Shown: piece after piece, positions 15,301 through 29,330 of the stretch
How positions within the stretch are numbered: position 1 is the stretch's first letter
Layout of the letters: each line of letters begins with the position of its first letter
Assembly (NCBI GenBank): GCA_012295275.1
Contig: CM022667.1
Span: 2,542,001-2,606,000, forward strand
Length of the DNA: 64,000 nt
Direction of reading: 5' to 3'
From: Chrysomallon squamiferum
Taxonomy: Eukaryota > Animalia > Mollusca
Program-made: the position numbers and the translations under genes
The notes under the pieces: model-generated
Told to the model about the DNA's origin: nothing
What the model saw: the letters and a program-made list of their open reading frames with translations, nothing else
Databases searched by the model: none

Positions 15301-18300
15301 ACTTATGTCAAGTATTTAAAGGCAGATAACAAGAACTCAGACAAGAAACATCAGAATCATGATTAAAGATGAAACGACCAGAGCAAAATAAAATGAATGG
15401 ACACCCCATTTAGATCAGTAAATAAACGTATTCAACTATTTTTAGGCTATTCCCTTTAATTTGGTGTTAATATCAGCAGTATTTTTTTTTAAACAATTTT
15501 AAGATATACATGTAAATTGTGCAATCAAAAAATAACTAAAATAAAACTAGCTGACAAAATAAATAATAACATAACTAAAAAAATAAATGAGCTAAGTTAC
15601 TGGTATTTATAATTACTTTTATGAATTTGTGTTTGTTTTAACATAATGTAAGTCATTTTATAATAAACCTTACAATTCTGTTTTCTGTATTCATTGATTT
15701 AAACTGAAATTTAGTAAATGGATAATCTTCTAGTATTTTTTTTATAATGCATAATGATGATATAAAAACATTAAGTTAAGAAACAATCTGCATCACGTAA
15801 TCTAATCAGACAATTTGAAATATGTTAAAAACAAAAATAAACATTAAAAAAAAAACTTTCATATAAAAATTAGTGATGCCTACAATTAGACCACATGATA
15901 CAAATCATTACTTTACTCTTTTTTTTCAGTTAAATAAAAAAAATGATTCTTGCAATTTTTAAATAAATCCTCAAATAAATAAAACATCTAGGTAAAAAAA
16001 AAAAAAATGAAGCTAAGGACTGTTTAGACTACAAATAAAGAAGGCAAGTCAGAGTTTATTGAGACAACACACAATCTAAAATAATAAATTAAAAAGCAAT
16101 ACATAAAAAAAAAACTATAAATATAATAATGAAACGTTATGAAAATGATCTGATATGTTTAAGGTAAAACTGACTGAATGATGTAATACATAGCCATCTA
16201 CCACATTATTTAATATGTGATTGTGTTTGTGCAATTATGTCCAGTTTTAAATAATTAAATAACCTTATTTATTAAAACAGGGTGTAAATACTAGTTATCT
16301 CTTTTCTTACATTTATAAAGGATATTGAAAAAAAAAAAAAAAAAAAAAAAGTGATTTCACAGTTGGTACAACCCTCCCTTTGAAATCATTTCAGTCCTTC
16401 ATACACTTCTTTCAGAACAATGGCAATGAATGAAAGCATCCAATAAAACATTGAAAAAAATTATAATAATTAATTTTGATTTTTAAATCCAGTGTGAGTC
16501 TATTTAAGTTTTTCAAAATAGATCCACCTGCTAATCATCTTTCTGCCACTAAATGGCTACATGCAACCAACAGACACCAGACTCTAATACACATAGAGTC
16601 TAACTGTGACCCGCGTTTCAGCCAAGATTCCGTCGGTCTAAAGGTAAGATCAAAATTTATTAATTGGAGCCCCCAGTCCCAATATTTAAAAAGTACACTC
16701 TTGAGAGACAAGTTACAAAATGAATCATACAGATGGAGGTCTCTTTTTCTCTGAGTAAGCCATTCCAAATTTAAAAAGATTTTACCGAGACAATTTTAAA
16801 CTTGACCACTCTGGAAGTTACTCTATTAAAAAAAAAGTACATTACAGAAAAAGGGAAGTCAGACATTGCAACTGTGATAGTGGTATCAGTGTAAGGAGGA
16901 ACATTTTCAAATACATCTGAAGATTTTAATTAGTGTATTTTGACTATTAATAAAATGATAATAATTAAAAGTGAAGAAGAAAATTGTTCTGAAAGAAATA
17001 ATTACTTTACATGTGAGGTCATACTAGTTCCAAATTAAGAAAAATAAATCTTTACCAAAGTGCATTTTGTAGTTAAAAAAAATGTTTACTCCTGAAACAA
17101 TTATTTGGCAATGTAACCTAAAACAAAAGCCCACTTAAAAATTGTAAGCATTCACTCGAAAAGCATGTAATTTAAAATGCTTAGTAAACTTAAAAATCAG
17201 AATGTAGGATGCATTTTAGTTATTTGTTCTGAACTGAAATTATCTTGTTATAAAACAATCTGTTTATAAAACAACTGCAAAAAAAGAGAAAAAAAGAAGA
17301 AAATGTTTTCAAGATAACTTTTTCACATCAAAAACAAAACGCAATAATTAAGATGGCTGTGTTAAAGAAAATTTTTAATTAAAAAAAAATATATGAAAAA
17401 GATAAAATAAAACCTGGATCATCAATCAAAATTTGGATTTTCACAAAATGTTCTATTTTAAAAAATAATAATAAAATAATAATAATTTGCCAGTGGTCTT
17501 AAAATTAAAATAATTTTGCTATTCAGAACAGAACATCAACCATCTGTATGAAACATTGATCTTGCATAAGAACAAAGGAAAAATTATGTTTGTACAGTAC
17601 CTCTGAACACTTGAATCCTTTCTTGATTTTAAGATCCTTGATGTAATGACAATTCTTTTTTTTTTTTTTTAAATATATTTTTTTCTGATGGTGGCATCCA
17701 AAAGCTCAGCAATATACAACCTAGACCTCCAAAGCTACCCAATTTAGAGAGATAAAAAAAAAATGCAAATAATCCAGTCTATCATAATCCCCTAAGCTGG
17801 TGTCAACAAAAATGCCATCCATTTACTAAATATGCTGAAAAAAGACTTCAACCCTGATTACAATTTGTGACATAAAAAAAAAAAAAAAAAATTTTTTTTT
17901 TTTTAAACTGAACAGAAATAATTATCAATCTTCAAATTATCTTTAACAATATTTTAAAAAAAAACTAAGTCATCTTTAATTTGAAATTAAAAAAAAAAAT
18001 TGTCAGTTAAATGTATGGGTCACAAATTAAGTTATAGATAGTTAGGAAAGAACTTATGTCACCTGCAGATTTGTGACAATTTGTAAACATCTAGATTAGT
18101 TAGAAACACAATTCACATATGACTCTCAGACTAAGCATTAGTTATTCACCAAATTGTTATTGTGTGCACTTCGATTAAAATTCAGGTTTTCCTGGCATGG
18201 ATTTCATACAATGAAATCTAAAAATGGAAGTTAATAAATAAAAAGAAAAATTCCACGAGGTCGGGGTCTAAGATATGAAGTGGCTTGGTAAAGCATACTG

Positions 18301-20087
18301 AATAAATAAAAAAAAATAAAAAAAATAAAAAAAATAAGTAATATCTAAACATCAGAGTTACAACAGAAGATCCACCGGCAGAACAGAATTATAAAATAAA
18401 AACAAAAATTACACCAGAAAGCCCTACGACCCAAGCAGCATGGAATTACTTAATGCCTTTGATTAAGCAGGATGGCATTTTTGTTGACTGGCAATATAGC
18501 AAGAACTGCTAACATTCTCATCCTGGATTACAACAGCTTTCTAATTCCCTTGAAAAGTGGAGGTCAGGGTTGTAGTATTTTTTTTTCAAGGCTGAAATCT
18601 AACATTTATTATAAAAAACATACACGACACTGCAAAAAGGTTGCTCAAGCAATGGATGCCGGTTTACATGATCAAAATGACGTGACTCTGACTCAACCAA
18701 ACCACTCTTGGGAGGAATATTTGAAATAAAACTAGAAAACAATTTCATTTTGTGTTTTTTTTAGACTGCACCGACTTTTAAATCTACCCGGAAATGCTAA
18801 GCAACAACATCGGCATTAAGAACAACTTGTTAAAAACTCCCAGCAAAAATCGTTTGTACCAGTAAATAATAAAGATCAAAAAAAAAAGATAAAAAAAAAA
18901 GAGTAAGTCAACACACAACACAGAGGCCAAATATGATTCCCAAATTGACTAATTTGATCGAGTCAAAGCCTTATTGACTGGTGCACTAACTGGACATGTC
19001 TAAATATAGATAAACAAGAAAAACAATTATATAAATAATGTGTTGCATTCTGAACACATATCTCATTTATAATTTGATTCTGTGCTTTATATTTAAATAT
19101 TTAACTACTGCATTTAAAATACACTGCAGTTTCTGTCACCAGTTAGTGAAAAATACCTCATTAATACTGTGAGGGTATCAAAATGTGCTAAATAGTACAC
19201 ATCATATAAACATGCTTTCATCTTGGTATCATGGGATTCGTTTTGTTATTATTTATTGAAAAAAAAAAAAAGAAAAGAGAAAAAAAAAAAAAATAGAAAG
19301 AACCAATGGAGTAATTTTTTGAATGGGATGAATTTTGCACTGTGGAGACTGTTACATGTGTCACACCGTATGTCACTTATGTATGAATATTCTAACATAC
19401 AATTGTTGCAAAAAAAAAATTTAAAATGTATTTAAAAATTATTGCAGCAACAATGTGTGACCCCAAAAAAAAAGTAATATGATCGACATGCAACAGTTCT
19501 CGTACTCTAATCCTGATACCAACATGAAAAGTCATTGAAATTATTTTCTAACATTAATCATTAACACCATGATAAATGAAAAAAAAATGACATAAGATAT
19601 TAAAATATATTCTTTCAGTTACTGATCACCAACATGACTTTGCCATCAAGTGCCACAGATTTAAAATTTAATTTACATTTATTTTTTTGTTTTAATAAAG
19701 GACTGTTACATTATATCCAAGTAGATCTTTCTTTGGATGGGATTTTTTTTTTAAAATGTATCTGATTATTATTTTAAACATTTTGTTTGTTTTGATTTGT
19801 TATAACTACAAGAGATAATAAGACGCTCACAGTATGAAGGAGGTTACACCAGCCACAATGTGATGAATGAAAATCCAGTCAAGGTGTAATACTTACATGG
19901 CCTGTACATAAAGTCGTGGGGATCACTCAGCTTACCGCGACATTTCACCACAATCTGCATGTCAACAGGTTTCTCGATCCTGCTGTTGTGGTATTCGGGA
20001 ACCGTACAGATCAGGTGGGTCTGGAAGTAATTTAAATCAGACAAGGATGTGTTTGTTTAACTTACTTTCTGGGAAAGGAAATTCACT

Positions 20088-20123
<36 letters not shown>

Positions 20124-20291
20124 AAGATCATTTTCCTACTCAAGAACACCGAACTCCAAATTGTTCTAAATAAATTGACAACAGATTTGGCAATTCAGCC
20201 TGGTATGTATCAAGTAGGCATAAAACACGAATTTTTTTTTTTTTTTTATTTCATTTTATTTTCAAGGGGAAGGATTATTTTCACTTTTCAT

Positions 20292-20322
<31 letters not shown>

Positions 20323-23300
20323 TAATCACCCATATCTGGTGCAGTTCGTAACATTTGTGTCTGTATAAAATTTAACTTAAAATAAATACATTTTTAGACC
20401 GTAGTAACTTTTTCAGATCGTACCTGCTGGAAATATTCCTGCTCAATGCTTGCTTCCTTCTCCCAAAGAATCGCACCATTTTCCATGACAACCTCTTGGA
20501 AGAAAACCTGTGTGTTTTTAAGGAAATTTTTCCCAATGATAAACAAACTCTGTCCTCCATCCACTGTGGCCTCTGTCAAACTCACTCTCAGGATTTCTGG
20601 CTGGCCAATTGGCTGAGCTAAAAGAAAATTTGTTAAACAATTAAAATGATTTTTCTATAAATTATTTCAAACAAGGATAAAAAAATAAAAAGGGTAAAAA
20701 TATATGTATTAATACTTGTTAATAAATGTAACTAATTACTAAGTTTAGTTAAAAAATAAAATACTCAGTAAAGCTAATTTCAAAAGATTTAGCTAAAAAT
20801 ATTCCTTTGTATAATCAAATGTTCTTGTTCCAACAGTGTGACATACCCTCGGAAGATAAATTTTCACAACTTTTTCAAATTAACATTTACAACTTAGAGA
20901 CAGTACAAACATCATTAATATGAAATATTTAATCAGTAAATTATTCCTCTGAAAAATGTAATTAACTTGAGAAGCTGCTAAGAAAAAGAAAAATGAAAAC
21001 AGAAAATAAAATTAATGTTACAAAAAAATTGGTCAATAAATTAAAAAATATAATAAAAATTAGAATGAATAGTATTGATAGGAGGAACGATATATCTGGG
21101 GAAAGAAACAGGTTGTCTATAAACGAAATGCTCACTGAGTAGGTACAGAGAATACAAAACTGATACATTCAAGTGAGAACATACTACAAAGAATGGGAGT
21201 GGAAGCCGCCTGCAGTGTTATGTAATGACCATCTGGTCGCTGGAAAGTAGTTCGGAACACCAAACGAGCTCGGGTGCTATTCTTTTTCTTTGCCCGAGCC
21301 TTTGCAACTCCTATTCTCTTTTCAACATCAGCATTCCGTAACTTTAATATTCCCACACAGTCAACACTGAAAATAAAGATATGTTTTAAGCTTTGCCACA
21401 TTATTTATGTGTAACAAAATCATTATTATGTGTTGTAAATCAGAAAGCACTCATTGTACAAAAATGTCATATATAAATTGTATTAGCTAGTTAGTACATT
21501 GTTATTTAATTTTCGAAACATAAAGACGTCCAGCAAAAGTAAATACAGGAAATGCAACTTATTGCTTAAGTAAAATAAAAATAAAAATTTGAAAATTAAA
21601 AAAAAGGAAAATGGTTGTCAAATGTGTTATAATCATGTGTAACGACTTTTGTATACTTCAAACAAAGCCAAACATTTCTCTCTCCAAACTGCAATTTATT
21701 ATTAATTTTCATTTTCCAATTTCTTCATATTTTAACCTATTACAAAAACATACTAGTAACTAGAAATTAACTAGATATAAAACTAATACCTAGATAATCA
21801 AATCATAATTTCTGTGATAATAAGTTTAATTCTTTTGAAAAAAACAAATAATTATTTACTTACTCTTGAGATTGTTATATTATTGAAATTACAATACCTT
21901 GCAGTCATATCGCTGGTGTTGTTAATATCCAGCTCAATAACAACAGTTCCATCTATTTCTTTCTCAATGCAGGGAGTGGAGTTCTTTCCTGCCACTTTGC
22001 AAGCCTGGTAGAAACCATGAGGTTTCATCCGACCCGTCTCACACCCCACAAATACCTGCAGCTTCACAGGCTCATTATGGCCATGCAGCTGAAAAGAACA
22101 AATTAATTATTATTTGATGAGATGTCTGCAGGAAAATACATCACATATGTAAATATATTAATATATGCATTAAAAGTATGTAGTTAAAATTCAGGTATGC
22201 TACAAAAGCAACTTATGATTCTGTAATTTATTACTGGTAATCAGCAACATAATTGCTTAAAAAATTTTTTTTTTTTAAATCATTCTATTTCTCTCCATCA
22301 TATAATCTTACATTAGACAGATCAACAAAACTGATACCAAACAGAAAATATCGTAATAATAATCAACTATTTAGTTTCTGCGACTGTCGCTAGCAGTTTT
22401 CAGTGGTTAATTTTTTTTTTTTTTTTTTTTTAAATAATAATTATAAAAAACAAACTAATAGAAAATCAAACCTTGACAACAGGATAGTTCTGCTGTGATC
22501 TGTCTTTGACTGCTCCCCGACTTCCCTCAGTCAGATATCTTGCCCTGTGCTGTTCTTCTGGCTGGCTGATAATCTGAAGCTCATAGCCATGGCTCCTGCT
22601 AGGAAACTGGCTGCTGAGACTCGGTTCCTTCGCCTTTTTGTTATGTGCTGCTGGTTTGGTTGTCTGCGGAACAACAGATTTCAGCGATTCCCCACCCTGC
22701 GGCCTGTTCATTGCCAGTGAAGGAACAGCTCTGAAAAACATACATCAATACACTTGAAGAAAGTTTCATTTCAAAGATACATTTATAAATAATAGATATA
22801 TAATTTTTTGAATATCAGAATTGTAAAAATCGGAAATCATCAATCAGAAGACAATACAAGCAAAAGCTATCAAGATAACAGAGCAAATATGACTACAATT
22901 TCACTTACTAAATGTAAGAATTGACAAAAATCGAGTTTTGTCAATGATAATGTTTACCTTGTAGAAGTGCAACTAGTACTGACTGTACTAGCTTTAGTGG
23001 AAGAACCAAACTTGAAAACACCTGGAATGTCAGATCCAAACTTTGTAAATTCGTAACTGGTTGTTGACGATGCTCCATTAGCATCAAACAACTTGTCAAC
23101 ACAGATTGGCTCAGTCCTCGATGAATGTGCATCATCGTCTCGACTTCCTTTGTGTATCTTATTGGGAACATTAGCATCGTCTTCAGTCTGGAATGGAGTC
23201 ATCAAAAGATTGAACCCATCGTTGGTCTCGTCTTTAACAAAAGCATCAGAATTCAGGTGGAGTTTCTCAGCATTGGTAATCAGTGTCGACTGGGTTGTCA

Positions 23301-26300
23301 TGTCCTGAAAAAAGTTATTCGGGGATGAGAGAGCACCTGGGGATTCCAGCTGGTTTTCAGGGTTAGAAACAGGAGAACTAGGAGACAGAGATGCTTCATC
23401 ACAGTCTCCTGTTAACATTCGTCGCAGCATGGAACCCTGGGAAGACACATTCAGCGTACAGGGCTGGGCTAACTTGGCATTCACTGCCTGCTCCTGCAGC
23501 TGACTGTCGTTAGTAAGACTGTTAAGATGTGACATTGTGTTGTCTGTTGATTCAGAAACCGAGATGTTGAAATTGGTAGTTGATGCAGAGAAAGCAGAAT
23601 TTGTAGAGAACTGGTGTTGATTCGTTGCCACACTGACAGGTGACTCCAGTTGGACACTGATTGGTGATGAACTTGACACTGGGAAGGCAGACTGTTGTTC
23701 CAGGTTGCCCATGTTCAAAGTTACATTTTGAAAAGTATCAAGACAGATATTGTGCAGATCTAATGGTAAGCCAACAGAGGTGTTCACTGTACCAGTGTTC
23801 ACATTATCTGAAATTTAGATAGGACATTGAAATCCAATAATGAATTTTGAATCTTCTATGTTCACGAACAGTTTATACTGCACTGAACAATCAGAACTAA
23901 CATAATCTTTAATGATCTGCAGATATTACGTTACAAACAAAGTATCTGTAAATTAATATTAGCAAATAGTTCCTCAATTTAAACTTCTTTAAATGTATTA
24001 AATAAACTGAAGTCAAATAATTCAATGTTACCATTAAAGTATTAATGACAAAGTGTGACAACTTTCTGACATATCAATATTTTTTCAAATTGGATCATTT
24101 ATTTTATAATTATGGAAAATGTACTTCTTATTTATATACACTTACTTGATGATGCCTGTGAAACATTCTTTCCATTAGCTTGACCTGCATTAAAATTCTG
24201 TTGCATACCAATCTCCATTCTTGTTTCCAGCTGTTGTCTTCCATCTGTGCTTTGACCACCCATATCCTGACAGCTCACATTCTGACCAGTCTGGTTTAAC
24301 ACGTGATGAACAGACATGTTGGACTGAGGGCACACTTCCATCTTCTCGGACACTGAATGATTCTGATCACTGATCATCACGTGTGAAGTAGTGGGGCTCC
24401 TTGAATCCATGCTGGGTTCTCCCTGCTTCTGTCCACCCTGAGATGCCATCTGGTTGTTCCCCTGATGGCTCATCTCTGTCACAGCACCTGTCATCACAAC
24501 CGGAGATTTCACTCCATCCTGTGTTACTGTCAGAATCTGCTCAGAAGGTCTAGCTGACTGAGTGACAATCCGAATTGACTCGGAATTCAAGTTTCCTTTA
24601 TTGTTTGCAAGCAGGTTGGTCAAATCAATGTTATCTTGATTGCCAAGGTTCATGTGCTGCGCTATTCCTCCAACGTTCTGCACATTGTTGCCACCTTGTG
24701 TCGAGTTCTTAACTTGTAAATTCTCTTGAACAGGTGAAGAATTCAAATTGCCGTTACTGTTTGATAGCAAAGAGGTGAGACTGTCATGGCTTCCTACATC
24801 CATGTGGTGAATGTGCTGCGTGCCAATACCCTCTCCTCCATTCTTTCCTGGAGTATTCCCACCTGACGAATCAGAATTCATAGATCCATGATTATTTGAA
24901 AGTAAATTGGTAAGACTGATGTTCTCCTGACCACCAAGATCCATATGCTGTGTCTGAGCAGCCACATTATCCCCACTTGTAGGGTTTGGGTGAGAATTCA
25001 CTGTTACTGATCCTCCTGGATTGAGAATGCCTTGATTATTCTGTAACATGTTGATCAAATTAATATTCTCCTGTCCACCAATTTCCATATGCTGTGAACC
25101 AGAACCAACATCTCTGCCAGGTGAGAGTCCAGGCTGACTGGTTTCTTTACTGCAGACAATGTTCAAACTTCCTCGAGCTTCCATAAGCAGTTTGTGAAGA
25201 AACAGATTTTGTTCACTGTTCAGGGTGATATTTCCATCAGCCACATTCATTTGATTTCCAGAATTCACTGTAAGCAAATCTTTAATATTCAGCTGACTCG
25301 GGTTGCCAAAAGAACATGGAATCTGTGCAGGTGCTTCTTTTCCAGCATTAACAATCAACATTTTTGGCAAATCAGAATTACCTTGTGTCAGAAGAAAAAC
25401 ATTAGGAAGATGTGATGCATCACCAGCACCAACTGAAACAGAAGGATTCCTTTCTTGAGATCCATTGGCCAAAGTGGCATGATTCTGACCAGTGACTGTC
25501 TGCTGGGCGTTCATGTTCTGAATATTTACAAAAACTGGGGCTTTTAGCTGAGACTGATTAACAATGCCAATACCGTGATTTTCACTAAATCCCACTGAAT
25601 TACATGCACTAATACTGATCTGGTTGCCAACAGACGTATTCTGAAGGTTAGGGATGGAAATGATGCTTCCACTTAACAAATTCTGTGCGTTTAATATCCC
25701 TTTTGCAACACTCTGCATATTGGCATTTCCAACCGTTGCAGAACTGTGTGCGTTCAACTCACCATGATTCCTCACAACATTCTGCGAATTCATATTCTGC
25801 AGGTTTAACGTCTCAGCTGGCATCATGTGACTCTCTGTGTTTGCATTTCTGTTAGAATTATCGATGACAATGGGCGGCGAATTCATTTGATTGTTCTGAT
25901 TTGGTGTTTGAGGACAATTGTTCCTTGCACTGTTTTCCATGATGTTCACATTCTGGTTGGCCAAGGAATCGGCAACATTTTCCGCTGTTTGCCCATTCAG
26001 ATTAATTCCTTGTGCATTAACACTGTCCATAAGCGTATTTCGCTGAGTGCTTGCTGAAGCCAACAACATGTCAGTTGCCCCATGACTAGCAGTACTTTGG
26101 GCGGAGGGAAATATGGACTGCATGGCAGAAACTTGTGTCGGTGACGAGACTGCTATGAAATCTAAGGTAGAGGAAAACAGAAGAAACAAAATATAGATAG
26201 CTTTTATTTTATACTCTTATTATCAATCTGCATTTACGAAACATGATGAATAATCACGAACTGATTTGTGAAGAAAACCTTTTTCTTTCCCTGTTTGTAA

Positions 26301-27232
26301 AAATATCTGCGTTTTAACTGAAAGATCTTTTATTGGAAACATTTTAAACGAATTATATCAATGAATGTAAAATAAACCATTAACAGTTATTAACTGTCCG
26401 AAATGTTTAATTACAAACAGACATTACAACTAAATTATCCATGATAATGAAGTCAAGTAACATATTAAATATGTATGCAATTAGCTGGTAAGTTATTCAT
26501 TATAATGAAGTTATTAACATTAAATAATTATTCCAGACACCTACAATTATTAGTAGTTCTCTGCATTGAATTGTGGACATCAAGACCTGAAGATCCATCT
26601 GAATTGGTAATTCCACTCATATTAGCAATGTTGCTGCTCGGTGAATTAACCTGTTGATCTGCAATAAAAATAAAACACAAGTAATTTAACTTTTTTGGAA
26701 AAAAAACAAAAACATATTTATCAATTGATGATATTTTATAAAATCAGTAGCTGAATTTTTAGTGACAACAATTCAGGTTATTATTTCCCCATTCAGAAGA
26801 TACAATGAGTAAAGACTCCTCTGTAATTTTGATATTAAGTAAACACTTAACTGGATGAATTTTCTGAATAACTGGATGAAATTTCTGATTCCTAAAGTTT
26901 TGAAAATTTATTAATAAATATGAATTAAATTTCATTTTTCTAAAATAATATGTCAGTTACTGTATATATATAAAAACAAAAACACAAAAAAATACAACAG
27001 TAGTCCATAACCCTTTTTAAAATGAAGTCTTTTGTAAATTTAAATTTTGTATCCATGTTTATGACATTTCAGTAAACAGTTTTATTCTATTAGAAGATGT
27101 AAGAAAATATCATTTACCTGTTCCACCTGCTGAATCCTGATTGTTACCATGGTTACAGGAAGCATCTGCTAATGAAGTACCAAATACCTGATCATTAAAA
27201 AATTCCTGGAATTCACTGTTGGACATTGACAT
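12313..27232 (-). CDS. NFAT5: Nuclear factor of activated T-cells 5 (TonEBP)-like Rel-homology transcription factor, 13 coding exons, ~1552 aa
   Basis: RHD/IPT motifs [74 protein letters not shown] and [10 protein letters not shown] match NFAT5 rather than NFATc. Phase-consistent GT-AG exons: 27232-27118, 26658-26545, 26161-24146, 23807-22958, 22730-22472, 22088-21898, 21366-21185, 20617-20424, 20020-19897, 14034-13954, 13741-13439, 13064-12885, 12362-12313 (stop TAG), totalling 4659 nt in frame. RHD exons are near certain. The first two coding exons and the exons after the IPT domain are inferred from splice signals and phase. Confidence 0.93.
19897..22630 (-). other. NFAT5: Exons encoding the Rel homology DNA-binding (RHD-N) and IPT/dimerisation (RHD-C) domains of NFAT5
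   Basis: Translated exons carry the NFAT DNA-recognition loop RARYLTEG and the IPT motifs [12 protein letters not shown] and [18 protein letters not shown]. Confidence 0.95.
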
Positions 27233-28181
27233 TGTGCCTAAAGATAAGAAGACATTTATTTAATAATTGAGTGACGCTCTAAAATGTTTTATTTATAAAA
27301 CACAGAAAAAGAAGTGAGAGATATAGTATTAACATCAACATATACTGCTTATACAGTATAAAAATATACAGCTGTTGCATGAAATATTTAAGACATATGT
27401 AAACAAATGAATGGAAGCCATGAAAGTAACTTTTATGTATAAAGAAAAATAATTAAATTGTTTAAGACCAATAAATAATAAACTGTGTAAGAAATATGTA
27501 CATTAATGTTGATTTTAAAAAGGTCATACTGACCTCAGACACCGTTTTAAAAGTACATGTAATCCGTAATGGATCAATTTGGGTTATGTTTTTTTTTATT
27601 ACTTTTCCCCCAGTTTAATAATGAACTGCTCTATTTCTATTTCTGACACTCAACAATGTTACTTAATGATGTATTTAAGTATTACATGTAATTATTTATA
27701 TTTGGAATATAGTGCAATACATTCTTGACCAAGTCCTGTTATTGTGGCCATGACCTTTCTATGAGACGTCTGACTGGATCAGCTCCTCCCCTGCTGTTTC
27801 ATTTTCACGCACGATGAAACCAAAACAAAATGTCTTATTCATAAATAAACATGTAACAGTGGTTTAAACCTGACTGTTTGATCTTACTACATTCATTTAT
27901 GTTTCATATATACGAATCTATGTTTTCTACTCCTTTTTCAACGAAAACAAAAGCTACTAATTTATGCACAATGTTGTTAACCATTATCCTTCATATTTTT
28001 ACTCTATTTCATCTATATTTGCAGTTTTCAGACCTGATCATCATGAAATAAAACTTAACCGAAACAAATTTAGAAAAGCAAATGCTAAAACAATGTCTTT
28101 ACATACAAAACCCATTGCGTTTTATATGAAATGCATGCAATTCCTGTCTACACGTCTGGAGATCGGTATTTTTTTTTAGCA

Positions 28182-28540
28182 GCCGCCATTTTGAAAATGT
28201 TAACATACCTTGTTTTGTAATGTTACACTTTGTTTCGCTGTAAAGTCTAATATCCACTTGATGTACAGCGTCTGACGGCATTCCTTTACACAACTTGTAA
28301 GTTTTTAATTGTTGTCGTTCCTATTTTTTTATTTTCCAAAAAACATTTATTCATTGTGTGTGCGGATGTTGATACTAGCAGTGGAACGCCTCGGTGTCTT
28401 CTCTATCAAACTGCATGTACATGTCAGCGTAACAACACAGAAATGACTATGATTGGACACCACTGACAATGCCGCTGCCAGTGGCAATTCTGATTGGTTA
28501 AATCTTACGAGGAGAAAGTAGTCCTCGATGACGTTATGTC
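28182..28540 (-). promoter_or_regulatory. NFAT5 promoter and non-coding first exon
   Basis: Donor AAG|GTATGT at 28209/28208; two CCAAT boxes on the minus strand (ATTGG at 28452-28456 and 28493-28497); perfect YY1 motif CAAAATGGCGGC at 28182-28193 just inside intron 1; locally CpG-rich. The TSS is not determinable. Confidence 0.6.
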
Positions 28541-28959
28541 TGCGATTTTGCTACGAGAGAAATGAATGAGTTTTCAGTGCTTTTGTATTCTGTGCGCTTT
28601 GACGTATACTACTCTAGTCATGGTAACCTGCAATTAGGACAGATTTCGGTTCGTGCCACCTCCTGTATTCACTAAGACAGTTAGTAAAATATAAACAAAA
28701 TCAGGAATTTAGTGTAGAGTTGACGGTACAACACAGTATTATGAGTACAACAATACGATAAATCTGTGGGATGTTTTGATATTCTCTGTTTGGTGATTGA
28801 GTTCTCTTTATTTTGATTAGTTGTTAATAAATTATTTATTGGTACCAATAATATAAAAAAGAAAAGAAGAAGAAGTAGAGGAAAAAATATATTGTTCTGT
28901 CTTTCTTTTTCTTTGTCGATTCTGAAGCAATATAAATTTCTAAATAACTAGTTTATAAG

Positions 28960-29330
28960 CACACACACGCACACACACACACACGCACAATGTAGACAGA
29001 TATATATCGTGAATAAAATTGCTTGCCTTTACTTTTCTCCCCCCATGCATTGTTCCGGTTTATTTTATTGTTACTGGTAAGTAAACTATATGCACTACAT
29101 GTACATTTTGCACTGATTAAAAATACTTGCATGTGAAAACCTGTATAATTACAACAACAACAACAAAAATAAAAATAAAAACCTATAAATAATAATAATA
29201 AAATACTACTACTATTACTGTTACTACTACTACTACTACTATTACTACTACTACTACTACTACTATTATTACTACTACTAATACTACTACTACTACTACT
29301 AATAATAATAATAATAAATAAATAAATAAA
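28960..29330. repeat. Compound microsatellites (CA)n, (CTA)n, (AAT)n
   Basis: Directly visible. Confidence 0.9.

Noticed and set aside
14035-19896. Hidden exons or snoRNAs in the 5.9 kb NFAT5 intron (GC-richer patches at ~16.5 and ~18.4 kb; a 14-nt AG..GT micro-exon candidate near 14952-14965)
   Set aside because: No phase-compatible exon with a convincing translation was found, the micro-exon would shift the frame, and no clear C/D or H/ACA box pair was seen.
23093-26657. Plus-strand ORFs overlapping NFAT5 exons
   Set aside because: Antisense shadows of real coding exons.
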